IMG/VR virus record: IMGVR_UViG_3300011335_000546
From: a virus
Length of the DNA stretch: 38,198 nt
Reading direction: 5' to 3' (one strand)
In this document: in pieces, positions 16,686 through 26,400 of the stretch
Position numbering within the stretch: position 1 is the first letter of the stretch
Layout of the letters: every line of letters begins with the position of its first letter
Position numbers and translations under genes: made by a program
The notes under the pieces: model-generated
Seen by the model: the letters and a program-made list of their open reading frames with translations, nothing else
What the model was told of the DNA's origin: nothing
Database searches by the model: none

Positions 16686-16844
16686 TTATTTTTTCTTTCG
16701 AGTAGCAGCCATATTATCAATTAAATTTGGATAAGGTCTTCCAGCTTTTTTAGCACGAGCTTTAGCTGCAGTTTTTTGAGCTGGTGTTAATGCTTTAGAT
16801 TTCTTTTTAGGATTAGGTTTATCCCATACTTGTTTCTTTACCAT
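16686..16844 (-). CDS. Basic micro-protein (52 aa)
   Basis: Hand translation MVKKQVWDKPNPKKKSKALTPAQKTAAKARAKKAGRPYPNLIDNMAATRKKK. Its stop abuts the ATG of the 895-aa gene. Confidence 0.45.
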   Translation of the reverse strand: MVKKQVWDKPNPKKKSKALTPAQKTAAKARAKKAGRPYPNLIDNMAATRKKK

Positions 16845-17104
16845 TTAACTTTATCCGCCCAGTATGCTGCAGACATTTTTCCTTTAGCAATATTCTTAGC
16901 GTGACGGGCTTTAAACGAAGCTTGTCTTGCGGAGGGTTGTCTATCACCCGTCACACCTTGTTGACCAAAACGAATTAACTTAACCTCAGTACCTTCTTTA
17001 GCCACAACTACATGTGACTTCTTTGGGTGGCTAGGTGTACGCTTTGGCTTGTTGTAGCCAGAAACACCAGCACGTGTTAATCGCGGATCCTTCTTGGCTA
17101 CCAT
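16838..17104 (-). CDS. Conserved basic small protein (88 aa)
   Basis: GYNKPKRTPSHPKKSHVVVAKEG...IRFGQQG...SAAYWA recalls a conserved family of unknown function. Confidence 0.55.
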   Translation of the reverse strand: MVAKKDPRLTRAGVSGYNKPKRTPSHPKKSHVVVAKEGTEVKLIRFGQQGVTGDRQPSARQASFKARHAKNIAKGKMSAAYWADKVKW

Positions 17105-17106
17105 AA

Positions 17107-17208
17107 TTATTTCTTCATTCCCTTTTTGTACATCTTCATCATCATTGCTTTTTTATCTTCTTTCTTTGCAACGACTTTCTTTGCAACGACTTTCTTTGCT
17201 GGTTTCAT
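17107..17208 (-). CDS. Highly basic micro-ORF (33 aa) containing a tandem repeat
   Basis: Hand translation MKPAKKVVAKKVVAKKEDKKAMMMKMYKKGMKK. Confidence 0.35.
   Translation of the reverse strand: MKPAKKVVAKKVVAKKEDKKAMMMKMYKKGMKK
17161..17199. repeat. 15-nt tandem repeat TTTCTTTGCAACGAC x2.6
   Basis: Copies at 17161-17175 and 17176-17190, plus a partial copy at 17191-17199. Encodes (A)KKVV on the - strand. Confidence 0.9.
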
Positions 17209-17212
17209 CATG

Positions 17213-17365
17213 TTACTTACCTTTCTTGGTTGATTTAGGCATAGCAGGAACTGCTGGTACCCTTGGCATGTTGTAATTTACTTTGTCAATACCTTTAGCT
17301 GAGCCTGGCATTGTAGGCATTTCGTGATCGTAGTTAACGTGATTACATCCACATGAAGCACACAT
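17213..17365 (-). CDS. Cys/His micro-protein (50 aa)
   Basis: Hand translation MCASCGCNHVNYDHEMPTMPGSAKGIDKVNYNMPRVPAVPAMPKSTKKGK. AAGGAG lies 6 nt upstream of ATG 17365. Confidence 0.5.
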   Translation of the reverse strand: MCASCGCNHVNYDHEMPTMPGSAKGIDKVNYNMPRVPAVPAMPKSTKKGK

Positions 17366-17376
17366 GGTTATCTCCT

Positions 17377-17643
17377 TTATAAAGCAGAACCAAATGCATG
17401 TCCTGTCTTGTCGCTTACATCTAAAGCCTTACGTATCTTGGCAGTTGATGTTCCTTCTGGTTGTATACCTTGAGCACGAGCATCACGGTATAACTTTAAT
17501 TCGTTGTCCCATTTCTTATTGGTCCAACCACTTTGAACTAGATCGCCATTAGCATCTCCAGTTGCCATCTGTATGTTTGACGCTCGTAAGCAGTCACCCC
17601 ATGTAGCATGGTCTTTGGTATGACACCCTGTTCTGCAAGCCAT
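17377..17643 (-). CDS. Small protein (88 aa) with N-terminal CRTGC-x-TKDHA-x4-C motif
   Basis: MACRTGCHTKDHATWGDCL... The N-terminus is paralogous to the 37-aa ORF upstream. Confidence 0.55.
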   Translation of the reverse strand: MACRTGCHTKDHATWGDCLRASNIQMATGDANGDLVQSGWTNKKWDNELKLYRDARAQGIQPEGTSTAKIRKALDVSDKTGHAFGSAL

Positions 17644-17756
17644 TACTTAACTCGCAAACTAGTCTTGTCTACATTAATTCTTGAATCATATAGACATTCG
17701 CTGTAATCAGCGTGGTCTTTGGTCTTACAACCAGTACGGCAGTTTTCTCCAGCCAT
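17643..17756 (-). CDS. Micro-protein (37 aa), paralogue of the N-terminus of 17377..17643
   Basis: Hand translation MAGENCRTGCKTKDHADYSECLYDSRINVDKTSLRVK. TAATG overlaps at both ends. Confidence 0.45.
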   Translation of the reverse strand: MAGENCRTGCKTKDHADYSECLYDSRINVDKTSLRVK

Positions 17757-17986
17757 TATAAATCCTCTTTTAAATGGTATTGAATATGTTCATCCAATGC
17801 TTTTTCAATCCTATTTACTGTACGAGCAACATCAGCAAGGCTACGTCCACCATTGGCAGATGGATGAATAGGATAAGTCTGTTCTTTAATGTAGTTTTTA
17901 AGTGGGTTAACAATTAACCACTTGCCCAACACAGCAATAATTCCTAAAGCTAGAGAAACTACGGACAAGGATTCTAGTAATGTCAT
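17756..17986 (-). CDS. Membrane-anchored small protein (76 aa)
   Basis: N-terminal hydrophobic helix SLSVVSLALGIIAVLGKWLIV, followed by ANGGRSLADVARTVNRIE. Confidence 0.5.
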   Translation of the reverse strand: MTLLESLSVVSLALGIIAVLGKWLIVNPLKNYIKEQTYPIHPSANGGRSLADVARTVNRIEKALDEHIQYHLKEDL

Positions 17987-18234
17987 ACCGTACTCACGGT
18001 ATAACCCACCGATTCAAGAGCGTTCTTTTCAGCTAGTGTCACATAATACTCGTGACCACCAAGATAAACTAAATCAGCAAGAACCAAATCGTCATGGGTA
18101 GGAAACCTATCTTCATAGAATTCACCATCAACACGATAAACAGTTACACCTTGTTTACGTGTATACCGAGCGAATAGCCAATTACCACCCATTGGTCCTT
18201 CATCAACCACTGGTGGTACAAATAGGTATGCCAT
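17983..18234 (-). CDS. Hypothetical protein (83 aa)
   Basis: First ORF after the capsid gene, with AAGGAG-type SD (TAAAGGAGATTAA) upstream. Candidate head-completion protein by position only. Confidence 0.5.
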   Translation of the reverse strand: MAYLFVPPVVDEGPMGGNWLFARYTRKQGVTVYRVDGEFYEDRFPTHDDLVLADLVYLGGHEYYVTLAEKNALESVGYTVSTV

Positions 18235-18262
18235 TTAATCTCCTTTAGTACCTAACAACACC

Positions 18263-18285
18263 CCCGCCGTGGTGTGCAAGACGGG
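18263..18285 (-). terminator. Weak stem-loop just downstream of the capsid gene
   Basis: On the - strand, CCCGTC...GGCGGG forms 6 bp including one G:U pair and is followed by GGTGTTGTT. Confidence 0.35.
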
Positions 18286-18304
18286 AGCGAAGTTAGCTAC
18301 TAAA

Positions 18305-19549
18305 CTAAGCGATACTAGAACTAGTCTCGATACGGAATAGAGCTTCGTTACGGTAGATAGCGTGTCCTAGAACACCGTACCAACCGATTGGACGCTGACG
18401 CATCAAGCGATCAACGACTGGACCAATAACTACATGTGGCTCTTCAACCACTGCTTCAGCAAGTGCTTGCTGACCAGCAAGGAAGGTACGGTATACCTTA
18501 GTTACTGGAGTTACTGTAAGGGTGGCAGTTCCAACAGTTCCAGAGTTAGCAACGCTTACAGTAAATGTAGTGTTTGTTGCTCCTACGGAGATTGCTGTGA
18601 TTCTAGCACCAGTGCCAACGTTAGTTCCAGAGATTTTGTCTCCTACCTTGGCAAGACCACCGAAAGCAGCGTTAGCTGCAACGATAGTAAATTCTCCAGA
18701 TACGCCACTAACTGCTGAAGCAGTTGCTAGTGCTGTTTGATCAGCACCATCAATAGCAGTATGTAGACGAGGAGACTCAATGAAGTAAGCACCTTCAAAC
18801 TGACCAATTTCGCCAGCCCAGATTGCATCATTGCTCTGGTACTCATGTGGATTACGCCATGAAGCAGCACCAGTTTCTGCACGTAGATCGTGAGATACTT
18901 CTGGGTGAATACCACACCAGTACAGTGATCCCTTACGAGCATTCGTCTTGTTAGCACGTAACTTAGCTACTGCACGACGGATATCAGCAGCAGAAATGCT
19001 ATCTTCTGCAGCTACTGTTACAGTGCTTGTTGGAGTTGAAGCTCCAGCAGTACCATAAATTACGTTAGTACCTGTAAGTAGAGCAGTCTGAGCTAGATCA
19101 TCAATGCTATCAGCCATGTTGAAGGCAATGATGTTAGCAACAGCAGGATCTACGTCAGCAAGTGATAGAAGACCAAGCTTCTTAGTAACCAAAGTTGAGT
19201 TACCATATTCATTTACGGTAACGTTAACAATGGTTGGAGTACCAAGTGCTACTGCTGTTGGGTCAACTTCTTCAGAAAGAACTGAAGTAGCCTTTGCCAT
19301 GTCTGCATAGATCTGCAGAGCAACAGATGAACCTGGCATAGCCTGACGAGCAGGCTTCTTGTCTGCTACAGAACGTAGCAATGGGGTAGCACGTAGTTCA
19401 AATTCAATAAGGCGATCGTATGCCTTCTGAACTAAACCAGCACCATTAGATGGGGTGAATGTTCCAGTGTTGGACGCACCTGAGTACGCACCACCACCGA
19501 GACCGCCGTTAGTTGCGGCAGTACCACCCGATAAGCCTGTTATAGCCAT
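18305..19549 (-). CDS. Major capsid protein (HK97 fold) with an insertion domain
   Basis: 414 aa directly after the scaffold gene. Capsid-like sequence pattern (DPTAVALGTPTIVNVTVNEYGNSTLVTKKL..., C-terminal RPIGWYGVLGHAIYRNEALFRIE). Highest-GC, strongly biased codons. Confidence 0.8.
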   Translation of the reverse strand: MAITGLSGGTAATNGGLGGGAYSGASNTGTFTPSNGAGLVQKAYDRLIEFELRATPLLRSVADKKPARQAMPGSSVALQIYADMAKATSVLSEEVDPTAVALGTPTIVNVTVNEYGNSTLVTKKLGLLSLADVDPAVANIIAFNMADSIDDLAQTALLTGTNVIYGTAGASTPTSTVTVAAEDSISAADIRRAVAKLRANKTNARKGSLYWCGIHPEVSHDLRAETGAASWRNPHEYQSNDAIWAGEIGQFEGAYFIESPRLHTAIDGADQTALATASAVSGVSGEFTIVAANAAFGGLAKVGDKISGTNVGTGARITAISVGATNTTFTVSVANSGTVGTATLTVTPVTKVYRTFLAGQQALAEAVVEEPHVVIGPVVDRLMRQRPIGWYGVLGHAIYRNEALFRIETSSSIA

Positions 19550-19577
19550 TATTATTCCTTAGGGGTTGTGTGATTGA

Positions 19578-20048
19578 TTACGAATCTGCACCATAAATCA
19601 TTTCCAATAATTCTGCGGCACTCTGAGCGTTATTAATACGTGAGAACGTATCATTAACATCATCAGGAGAAAGAGCGAAGTTTGTTGCAGCATCAATTTG
19701 TCGCAGTGCATTTAGATTTTCTTGATCTACCATAGACCGCTGTTTTTGTGGCTGAACTCCAAAGACTTCTCCATGTTCATCCAACCATTGACCAATAGAT
19801 TCTGAATCATTGGCTATATCTGATGGAATAAATGTAGCAATCTTAGGATTAACTCCTCTTTCATTTAGAACGGAACTAACGACAGACTGACGCTGAAAGT
19901 TACGTAGACCTTCTAACTCAGTTTCTAGTTCCTTAATACGCTTAGACTTTGCACGGTCAGCTTTACGTAGATTTGTTAATCCACTAGTCTGATCTTCTTC
20001 TTCTGAGAAGTCGTCGTCATCGTCGTACCATTCATTGTTGTTACTCAT
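19578..20048 (-). CDS. Scaffolding protein
   Basis: 156 aa with acidic N-terminus (DDDDDFSEEED) and helical/coiled-coil character, immediately upstream of the capsid gene. Confidence 0.6.
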   Translation of the reverse strand: MSNNNEWYDDDDDFSEEEDQTSGLTNLRKADRAKSKRIKELETELEGLRNFQRQSVVSSVLNERGVNPKIATFIPSDIANDSESIGQWLDEHGEVFGVQPQKQRSMVDQENLNALRQIDAATNFALSPDDVNDTFSRINNAQSAAELLEMIYGADS

Positions 20049-20135
20049 CGTAACTATCTCCCTTATTCATTAGTTGAGCGCAGACCACAAAGCTATACGG
20101 GGATATAACTTGGCTTCTACTACCAGTCTCTTACA

Positions 20136-20160
20136 TCGTTGGGGCTGGTCGATCCAACGA
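20136..20160 (-). promoter_or_regulatory. Stem-loop 5 nt after the stop of the 272-aa gene, inside the only sizeable gap of the late unit
   Basis: TCGTTGG (20136-20142) pairs with CCAACGA (20154-20160). No U-tract on the - strand. Confidence 0.35.
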
Positions 20161-20164
20161 GAGC

Positions 20165-20983
20165 TTATATTTGTTTCTTGCGACCTAGTGAACCTGCTGT
20201 AATACCAGATTGTCCACCGAATTGTGCACGAGATTGTGAAGCTAAACGCTTGGTGCGCTTGCTTGTTTGACCAAGAAGATTTTCTTGTTCAAGTTCCTTT
20301 TGCAAATCTTGAGTACTAGTTTCACCAAACATGCGAGATGCTTGTTCATAACCAACCTTTTGTTCTGCAACTTTATTTAAACCAACACGTGCTTGATTGC
20401 GATTAATTCCTTGACTTTGAAGGAAGCTTGCACCAAGACTAGATTGAATACCAGTTTCAGTTTCAGCAGCTTTAATTTCAGCAACATTAATTTTTGTATT
20501 AAGATATTCTGATCCTTCTCTTCCAAGAAGAAGACTAGTTGCTAACTCATTATCTGTTACACCTGGATACATAACCTTTAATTGATCAACAAGTGCTTTA
20601 TCATTAGAGTCAACTGCTTTAGTTACACGATTATATGCAACATCAAAACGATTATTTAGTTCTCTAACTGATATATCATTACCAATAAATTTTGCAAAGT
20701 TATCTCTTGTAGCTAAAGCACCAGCACCATAAGGAGTCATAACTTCTCTATACATATTTTCTTGTTGAAGGTATTCTCCTTCTGACAACATGTTCTTACC
20801 TAAAGCTAAGCGATCAAAGTTACCTTTAAATCTTGTCTTGTAAGTATCGGACTTACGTAAATCTTCATAGACTAGATTGGTATTATCTATTCCATTGTTT
20901 TGAATAGACTGAGTAATAACATCTGCTAATTCTTGTAAACCATTATCAATAAATAACTGACGTAAAGTGTCCCAACCAGCCAT
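20165..20983 (-). CDS. Virion-module protein of unknown function (272 aa)
   Basis: Abuts the upstream gene. No motif recognised. Confidence 0.6.
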   Translation of the reverse strand: MAGWDTLRQLFIDNGLQELADVITQSIQNNGIDNTNLVYEDLRKSDTYKTRFKGNFDRLALGKNMLSEGEYLQQENMYREVMTPYGAGALATRDNFAKFIGNDISVRELNNRFDVAYNRVTKAVDSNDKALVDQLKVMYPGVTDNELATSLLLGREGSEYLNTKINVAEIKAAETETGIQSSLGASFLQSQGINRNQARVGLNKVAEQKVGYEQASRMFGETSTQDLQKELEQENLLGQTSKRTKRLASQSRAQFGGQSGITAGSLGRKKQI

Positions 20984-20984
20984 G

Positions 20985-22196
20985 CTACATTCCCATTCTA
21001 GTTAAGATATCGCGTCCTGCACCCATAATCTTGTTTGCATTCTTTGTAACATCAGCCCACTCATCACTCTTGTAAAGAGTTTTACGTAAAGAGTCTCCAA
21101 CAATTGGTTGACCTTTATCATCTTTAGCTTGCATAGCTTGCTGTATCCACTTGTTATCCATACCAAGAGTACGATAATCTATATCCATCTCTTGTGAAAC
21201 AATGTTTTTAAACCCTGCAGCTAGATCATCAAGACTATTAATGCCATCTAATTTATCTGCCCAGTGTGAATACTGTTGTTTAGCCATTGCGGTAATAGAA
21301 TCCTTAGCCTTGCTAGGATCAAAACTACCGAACTTAGCAGACTCACGTACACTATCAAGTACCCAACTATCAGATACCGCTACGCCATTACGCTTAGCCC
21401 AGTCACGAAGAGTATCTTCTACTGTTCCTGCTTTACCAAATAAAGAACCAGCTACATCTTGTGCGCTTTGATTACCGTAAGAAATATAAGTTGTAAGAAG
21501 ACTAGCCACTTGAGTGTCATTTAGACCATCACGCAATGCATTTTTAGCTAGTTCAGTTAGTTCTATATCAGAAAAAGTTGTACCATAACTTTCAGCTAAG
21601 CCACTTACACGTGCCTTTTCCCTACCAATTTGTGCATTAAATTCAGTAGCTTGAGCGGGATCATTTTCAAGTGTGTAGTAAGCACGTTGAGAAGCACTCT
21701 TTGATTTGTACCAGTTAAGAGATTGAAGTCTTACATTAAACTGTTCTTTAGTCCATTCCATTCCATTCTTCATGGAAGTCCAAGCTTCATTGAACAGATT
21801 AGTTAATTCAGGATCAGATTGAATAATTGCTAATGGAACTTTATATAAGTCAGCTTGTGCAGCAGAAGAAACCCAACCATCATTGTCGTCCCAAGAAAAA
21901 TCACCAGATGGTGCAGGTGGTTGTACCCATTTGCCTGCATTATTTTGAACCCAAGCAGCACCTGGACGACTCTCAGTTACGGTAGTTGAGGTGCTTTTGT
22001 TACCTTTAGTAATTGTTGTAGTTGTTGTTGTATTTGTATTTTTCTTACTACCTGTAGAAGCTGCTGTTTTTCCACTTTTATTTGAAGTCTTTGTAGCTGA
22101 AGTACTTTTGTTACTATTAGAAGCTGTTGTTGGTTTATTTGTAGCTGAAGTAGTGGCATTACTTTTAGAAACTTTTGCTATTGATTTTTCTCTCAT
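20985..22196 (-). CDS. Virion-module protein of unknown function (403 aa) with Ser/Thr/Lys/Asn-rich N-terminal linker
   Basis: About 75 aa of low complexity (SKSNATTSATNKPTTASNSNK...) followed by a helical region. Confidence 0.6.
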   Translation of the reverse strand: MREKSIAKVSKSNATTSATNKPTTASNSNKSTSATKTSNKSGKTAASTGSKKNTNTTTTTTITKGNKSTSTTVTESRPGAAWVQNNAGKWVQPPAPSGDFSWDDNDGWVSSAAQADLYKVPLAIIQSDPELTNLFNEAWTSMKNGMEWTKEQFNVRLQSLNWYKSKSASQRAYYTLENDPAQATEFNAQIGREKARVSGLAESYGTTFSDIELTELAKNALRDGLNDTQVASLLTTYISYGNQSAQDVAGSLFGKAGTVEDTLRDWAKRNGVAVSDSWVLDSVRESAKFGSFDPSKAKDSITAMAKQQYSHWADKLDGINSLDDLAAGFKNIVSQEMDIDYRTLGMDNKWIQQAMQAKDDKGQPIVGDSLRKTLYKSDEWADVTKNANKIMGAGRDILTRMGM

Positions 22197-22197
22197 T

Positions 22198-23457
22198 TTA
22201 ACCTAATTGAATTGGTGCTTTTAAAGCATCGCGGAAGTAGTTAATGAATGTAGTTGCTTTGTTATAGTCCTCTGCTTGAGGATCCTTTAGTGCTTGCTCT
22301 CGCATTGCAAGTGCTTGATCTCCTGCAGTGACACCACCAGTAACTGTAGTAACAGAGTTATCACCAGTGCGACGAATCTCTGTAGTTTGTGGAGCCATTT
22401 TATTTAATCTATCAGCAATTAACTTAGCTGTCTCAGCATCAGCACCCTGACCAGTATATTTTTGAAACATTTGGTCAACTGCAATTTCAATATCTTCAGC
22501 ATCAAATTCATTAATGCTAGTATTTTTTTCGTAACGTGGAGAACCAGATCCGCCAGAACCATTCGGATCAATATTAAATTGACCTTTATAGCTTTTAACA
22601 AAGTCTATAAATGTAGAAAATGTACGTTTACCATATGTATCAGCATTAGCAATAGAACTATTTAATCGTGTAGTATAATTAACTGCAGCTTGAATAATAC
22701 TTCGCGTAAAAGAATCAGCATAGTTAGGACTAGCTTCTTTCATTGCTTGAAGATATTTAATATCAGACTGTTTAGTAATAAATTTATTAGCAATAAATAA
22801 ATCACGTAGTTCATTTAATTTACCAGAGTTTTGATACTCACTTGCAATTCTACCTACTGCGGAGTTAAGACTTTCTGGTCTAAGATCTTTAGATCGATAA
22901 ATATTTCCAGACGGATTTGCCATAAAAGATACTGGCACTTCAGAGTTAGGATCACTTACTCCTGTTGCTATTGCTTTTAAATCTTTAAAAACAATAAAGT
23001 CACCACTGGTATCAGGAATAAAAGCGTTTTTCCATCTACGTTCATCTAATGCATCGTCTGGTATAGCAATATTAGCGTTATTTAAATAATCAAGTTTGGC
23101 TTGTTCATCTGCACTATCAGCAACCTGAGGTCCTTGAATTCTTGTTGCACCTGTAGGTGCAAGTTCTTTTGCAGCAGTTGCAGCAGCAGCAGCTTCTGCA
23201 TCAGTTTTAGCATTGCGAATTGCTTCAAGAGCATCTTCATATTTTTTTGCTCTAACTGCATCAGCACCCATTTGACCTTTTGTTGGAGGAGCTGGTCTGT
23301 TTTTCTTTTCTTCTTCTCTTGCTTTTGTTTCCTCAATTATAGCAGTCCATTCTTCTGGAGTTAACTGAGTAAATTTAGGACCATAAGGTTTTAAAGGGTT
23401 TTTTAATCTGGCAATACGTTCTTCTTCTGCCTTTTGAATATCGTCATTAACAGACAT
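22198..23457 (-). CDS. Virion-module protein of unknown function (419 aa)
   Basis: Charged N-terminus with an Ala-rich helix. No motif recognised. Confidence 0.6.
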   Translation of the reverse strand: MSVNDDIQKAEEERIARLKNPLKPYGPKFTQLTPEEWTAIIEETKAREEEKKNRPAPPTKGQMGADAVRAKKYEDALEAIRNAKTDAEAAAAATAAKELAPTGATRIQGPQVADSADEQAKLDYLNNANIAIPDDALDERRWKNAFIPDTSGDFIVFKDLKAIATGVSDPNSEVPVSFMANPSGNIYRSKDLRPESLNSAVGRIASEYQNSGKLNELRDLFIANKFITKQSDIKYLQAMKEASPNYADSFTRSIIQAAVNYTTRLNSSIANADTYGKRTFSTFIDFVKSYKGQFNIDPNGSGGSGSPRYEKNTSINEFDAEDIEIAVDQMFQKYTGQGADAETAKLIADRLNKMAPQTTEIRRTGDNSVTTVTGGVTAGDQALAMREQALKDPQAEDYNKATTFINYFRDALKAPIQLG

Positions 23458-23459
23458 TG

Positions 23460-26400
23460 TTACCCATTCCTATTAACTCCAGCACGACCATCTCGTGATT
23501 TAGCATTCATTAGTTTTGATAATCCGTAGTTGTAATACTGTTCAATAGTTTTAGTATTATCAGAACGGATAAGTTCTTTAATAGCAGCTTCTGCTGCTGC
23601 TTTTTCATCTCGCTTTAAATCAGATCCATTAGCTGCTTCAAGTGAATCAATGTATGCAGCTTGCTTCATAAACCTTGAATAGATGTCATAGGCTTGAGCA
23701 ATTTTAAGTTTAAGATCTTGAGGTATATCAGCATTAGGCGACATTGCATAGTTATAAGCATTATTAGCGAACTCATAAGCAGCAGTATTATCTAAACCAC
23801 TAGCCATATGCTGTTCAAGACCAGGAACTTGCATCTTAATTAGTGCACGTTGCTGTTGATATTTTTCTACAACTGCTCGACGTTCGGCAACAAAGCTAAA
23901 TGGAAGTGGCTTAAGTTCAGCAGCTTCCTTGTCACCTAAATCGTAGTATGCATTAACATGTTCTTGCATAATAACTCTATTAAAGTAGGCATCTATGTCT
24001 ACGTTCTGTGCTATACCAGCAGCAGTAGCCCATTGCCATACACCAGGACTAAAATCACCATTGCCAGGAGCAAACAGTAGTGCACCTGCACCATACTGAT
24101 CAACGTCTTCTTGGTTTTTAATAGTCCAGTTTTGCATGTCGGTACTAAACTTAAGAATTGGTTGAATTTCTTTAGACTTTTTAGATACAAGGTATGCAAT
24201 TTTGCCTGGATTATCACCCATCCATGTAGCTAAAGCCATCTCATATGGATCGTTAGCATCTGGATACTTGTTCTTTATCTCATCCAGCACATCATAGAAT
24301 GTTTCCTGCATAGATACTACGCCTGAATCAAGCATGTACTCAGGTAGATCCTTATTACCCTTAAGTTGTACGGACATAGGAAGAACCATTCCTAGTAGTG
24401 CACGTGTAACAACAATATTGTGTGCGCTAATACGTGTGTTCTTTAGGTATTCCATCTTGTCTGCTTCAAACAAGGCAGTGTCTATAGTGCCATCTGACAT
24501 TATGTACTTAGGATCTTTTGGATTAACACCGTAACCATTTGCTTGATTGTAGCTAATAGCCTGTGTAAGAGCTGAAACTTCTTGTGTAGATTTCTCATCA
24601 GTACTTAGCATGCTCCAAATGTTACGTGCAAACTTAGGAGTAACTGCATTGTAGAGAGTTACATTATCGCCAAGACTACCCATTAAAGTATTATCTAAAT
24701 CTTCTGCAAGGTTCTTTGTTGGATCAAACTTACCAAGCAATGCTTTGCTAGCAAGAATAGATAACGAAGCCATTGGACCTGAAAGGTATGGCATACCAGC
24801 ATCAGTCTGGAATGAAGGGTTACCAGCAGTTAAGTTAAATGTAATGTTATTAAATAAAGGTTGCTTCATGCTTTCAGTGTTGCCAGTTAATGTACGAATA
24901 GTACTATCAACTGCACTGTAGATAACATCATCCATAGGCAAGATTACATATGCTTGACCGTTTGGATCTGTATGTACTTCACCTACTGCATCAAAACCTT
25001 GATTCATTAATCGCAAACGATAGATAGTCTGAAGTGGGTAATCTTTAGTTAAGCGATACATACGGCGATGGAAGTCTTCAACCGCACGATAGAAACGACC
25101 GACAGTTCGCATGTTATAAGCAAATACAGTTTGCATTGCAGGGTTATCAGAGAACTTAAGTACATGTTGGGTAGCATCATTTATGGCTTTATTGCCAAAC
25201 ACTTTAGCTGCCTGTTGTTTTGAGTTTTTATCAATTGTAGCTAATGCTTTATCATTAAGAACTTTACCCTGATCTTCAAGTTCTTTAACACGACTATTGT
25301 AAAGATCGTTAGCCATCTTTATTTCGCCAGCCTGGTATTGCTCACGGAAAGCAAGATAATGCATAGTGACTACTGGTTGACGCATAATGTTGTCAGTTTG
25401 ACGAGCCATTAAATCAAAGGCTTTATCTTGACCATGTTCACGAATCCAAGTTGCAAGATCAGTGTGTACACCATCAAAGTCAAGGTCAGTCATTACTCTG
25501 CCTTCAGTTTTAAATCCTTTAGTTAATTCTCTGTAATCATCAAAGGTTAGTGAACGCAAACTCTTGCGATGATCAGTAACTCCGCCACGCCTTAAATCAT
25601 CAAAGTGTTTTATTAACTTTGGATTGTATTGTAATGGTCCACCATGAAAAGCATTGTAAGTGTCTTTTAGACCAGCAGTAACAAACTCAAACATTTTATC
25701 GCCATCGTCTGCAAGATCTTTATAACTATCAAAAAATCTTGTGCTATCCATAAAAGTTTTAACATTATCTGCTTCACCAGTAGCAATAATGTAACGACCT
25801 TCACCATTTTTAATAAAACCAAATAGACTCATTAACTGTCTAGAAGCTTTTTGAAAATCATCTGCATCAAAAATGCCATTATGTTGTAAGAATACAGAAG
25901 CAAAACTAAATGTACGATCTTCACCATATTTAGTTTCAAATGTAAATCCACGATCATTGAAGATACGAGTAAAGTTATCAAACATAGTGATATCAATATC
26001 AGAATCTGACATATCTCTAGTGTCAACTGCACGGATAGAGCCCTTAGGTGCGACACCGAGAGCATCCATTGAAATGTCTACTTGACCTTTATCTAAAAGT
26101 ACTGGTGTAGACATAGCATCTGCACGACCAAGTGCAGCAGCATTTACGTTACGACTAGATACATCGCGTAAAACATTTGGATTGTCAATAATAAGTTCGC
26201 GCATCCATTGTTTTTGAACTGGATCTAACTTACGACCACGGCGCATAATAGCAATGTCAACTAATCTAGCACGAACAAGTTCATCAATTTCATACTGAGG
26301 CTTTTTTTTGTTTTGTTTTTCAATGCCTTTACGTATTGCAATGCGTTGTTCTTGGTTAATATCTCGTACTGCACCAAATTCACGACCAAGTGCTTTACCT

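Noticed and set aside
20049-20164. Possible tRNA in the 116-bp gap (GGATCGA resembles a T-loop)
   Set aside because: No acceptor stem, D-arm or anticodon arm can be drawn around it. The other gaps (7370-7457, 34052-34154, 35260-35325) likewise fold only into simple hairpins. No tRNA, rRNA or CRISPR repeat-spacer array was seen anywhere.
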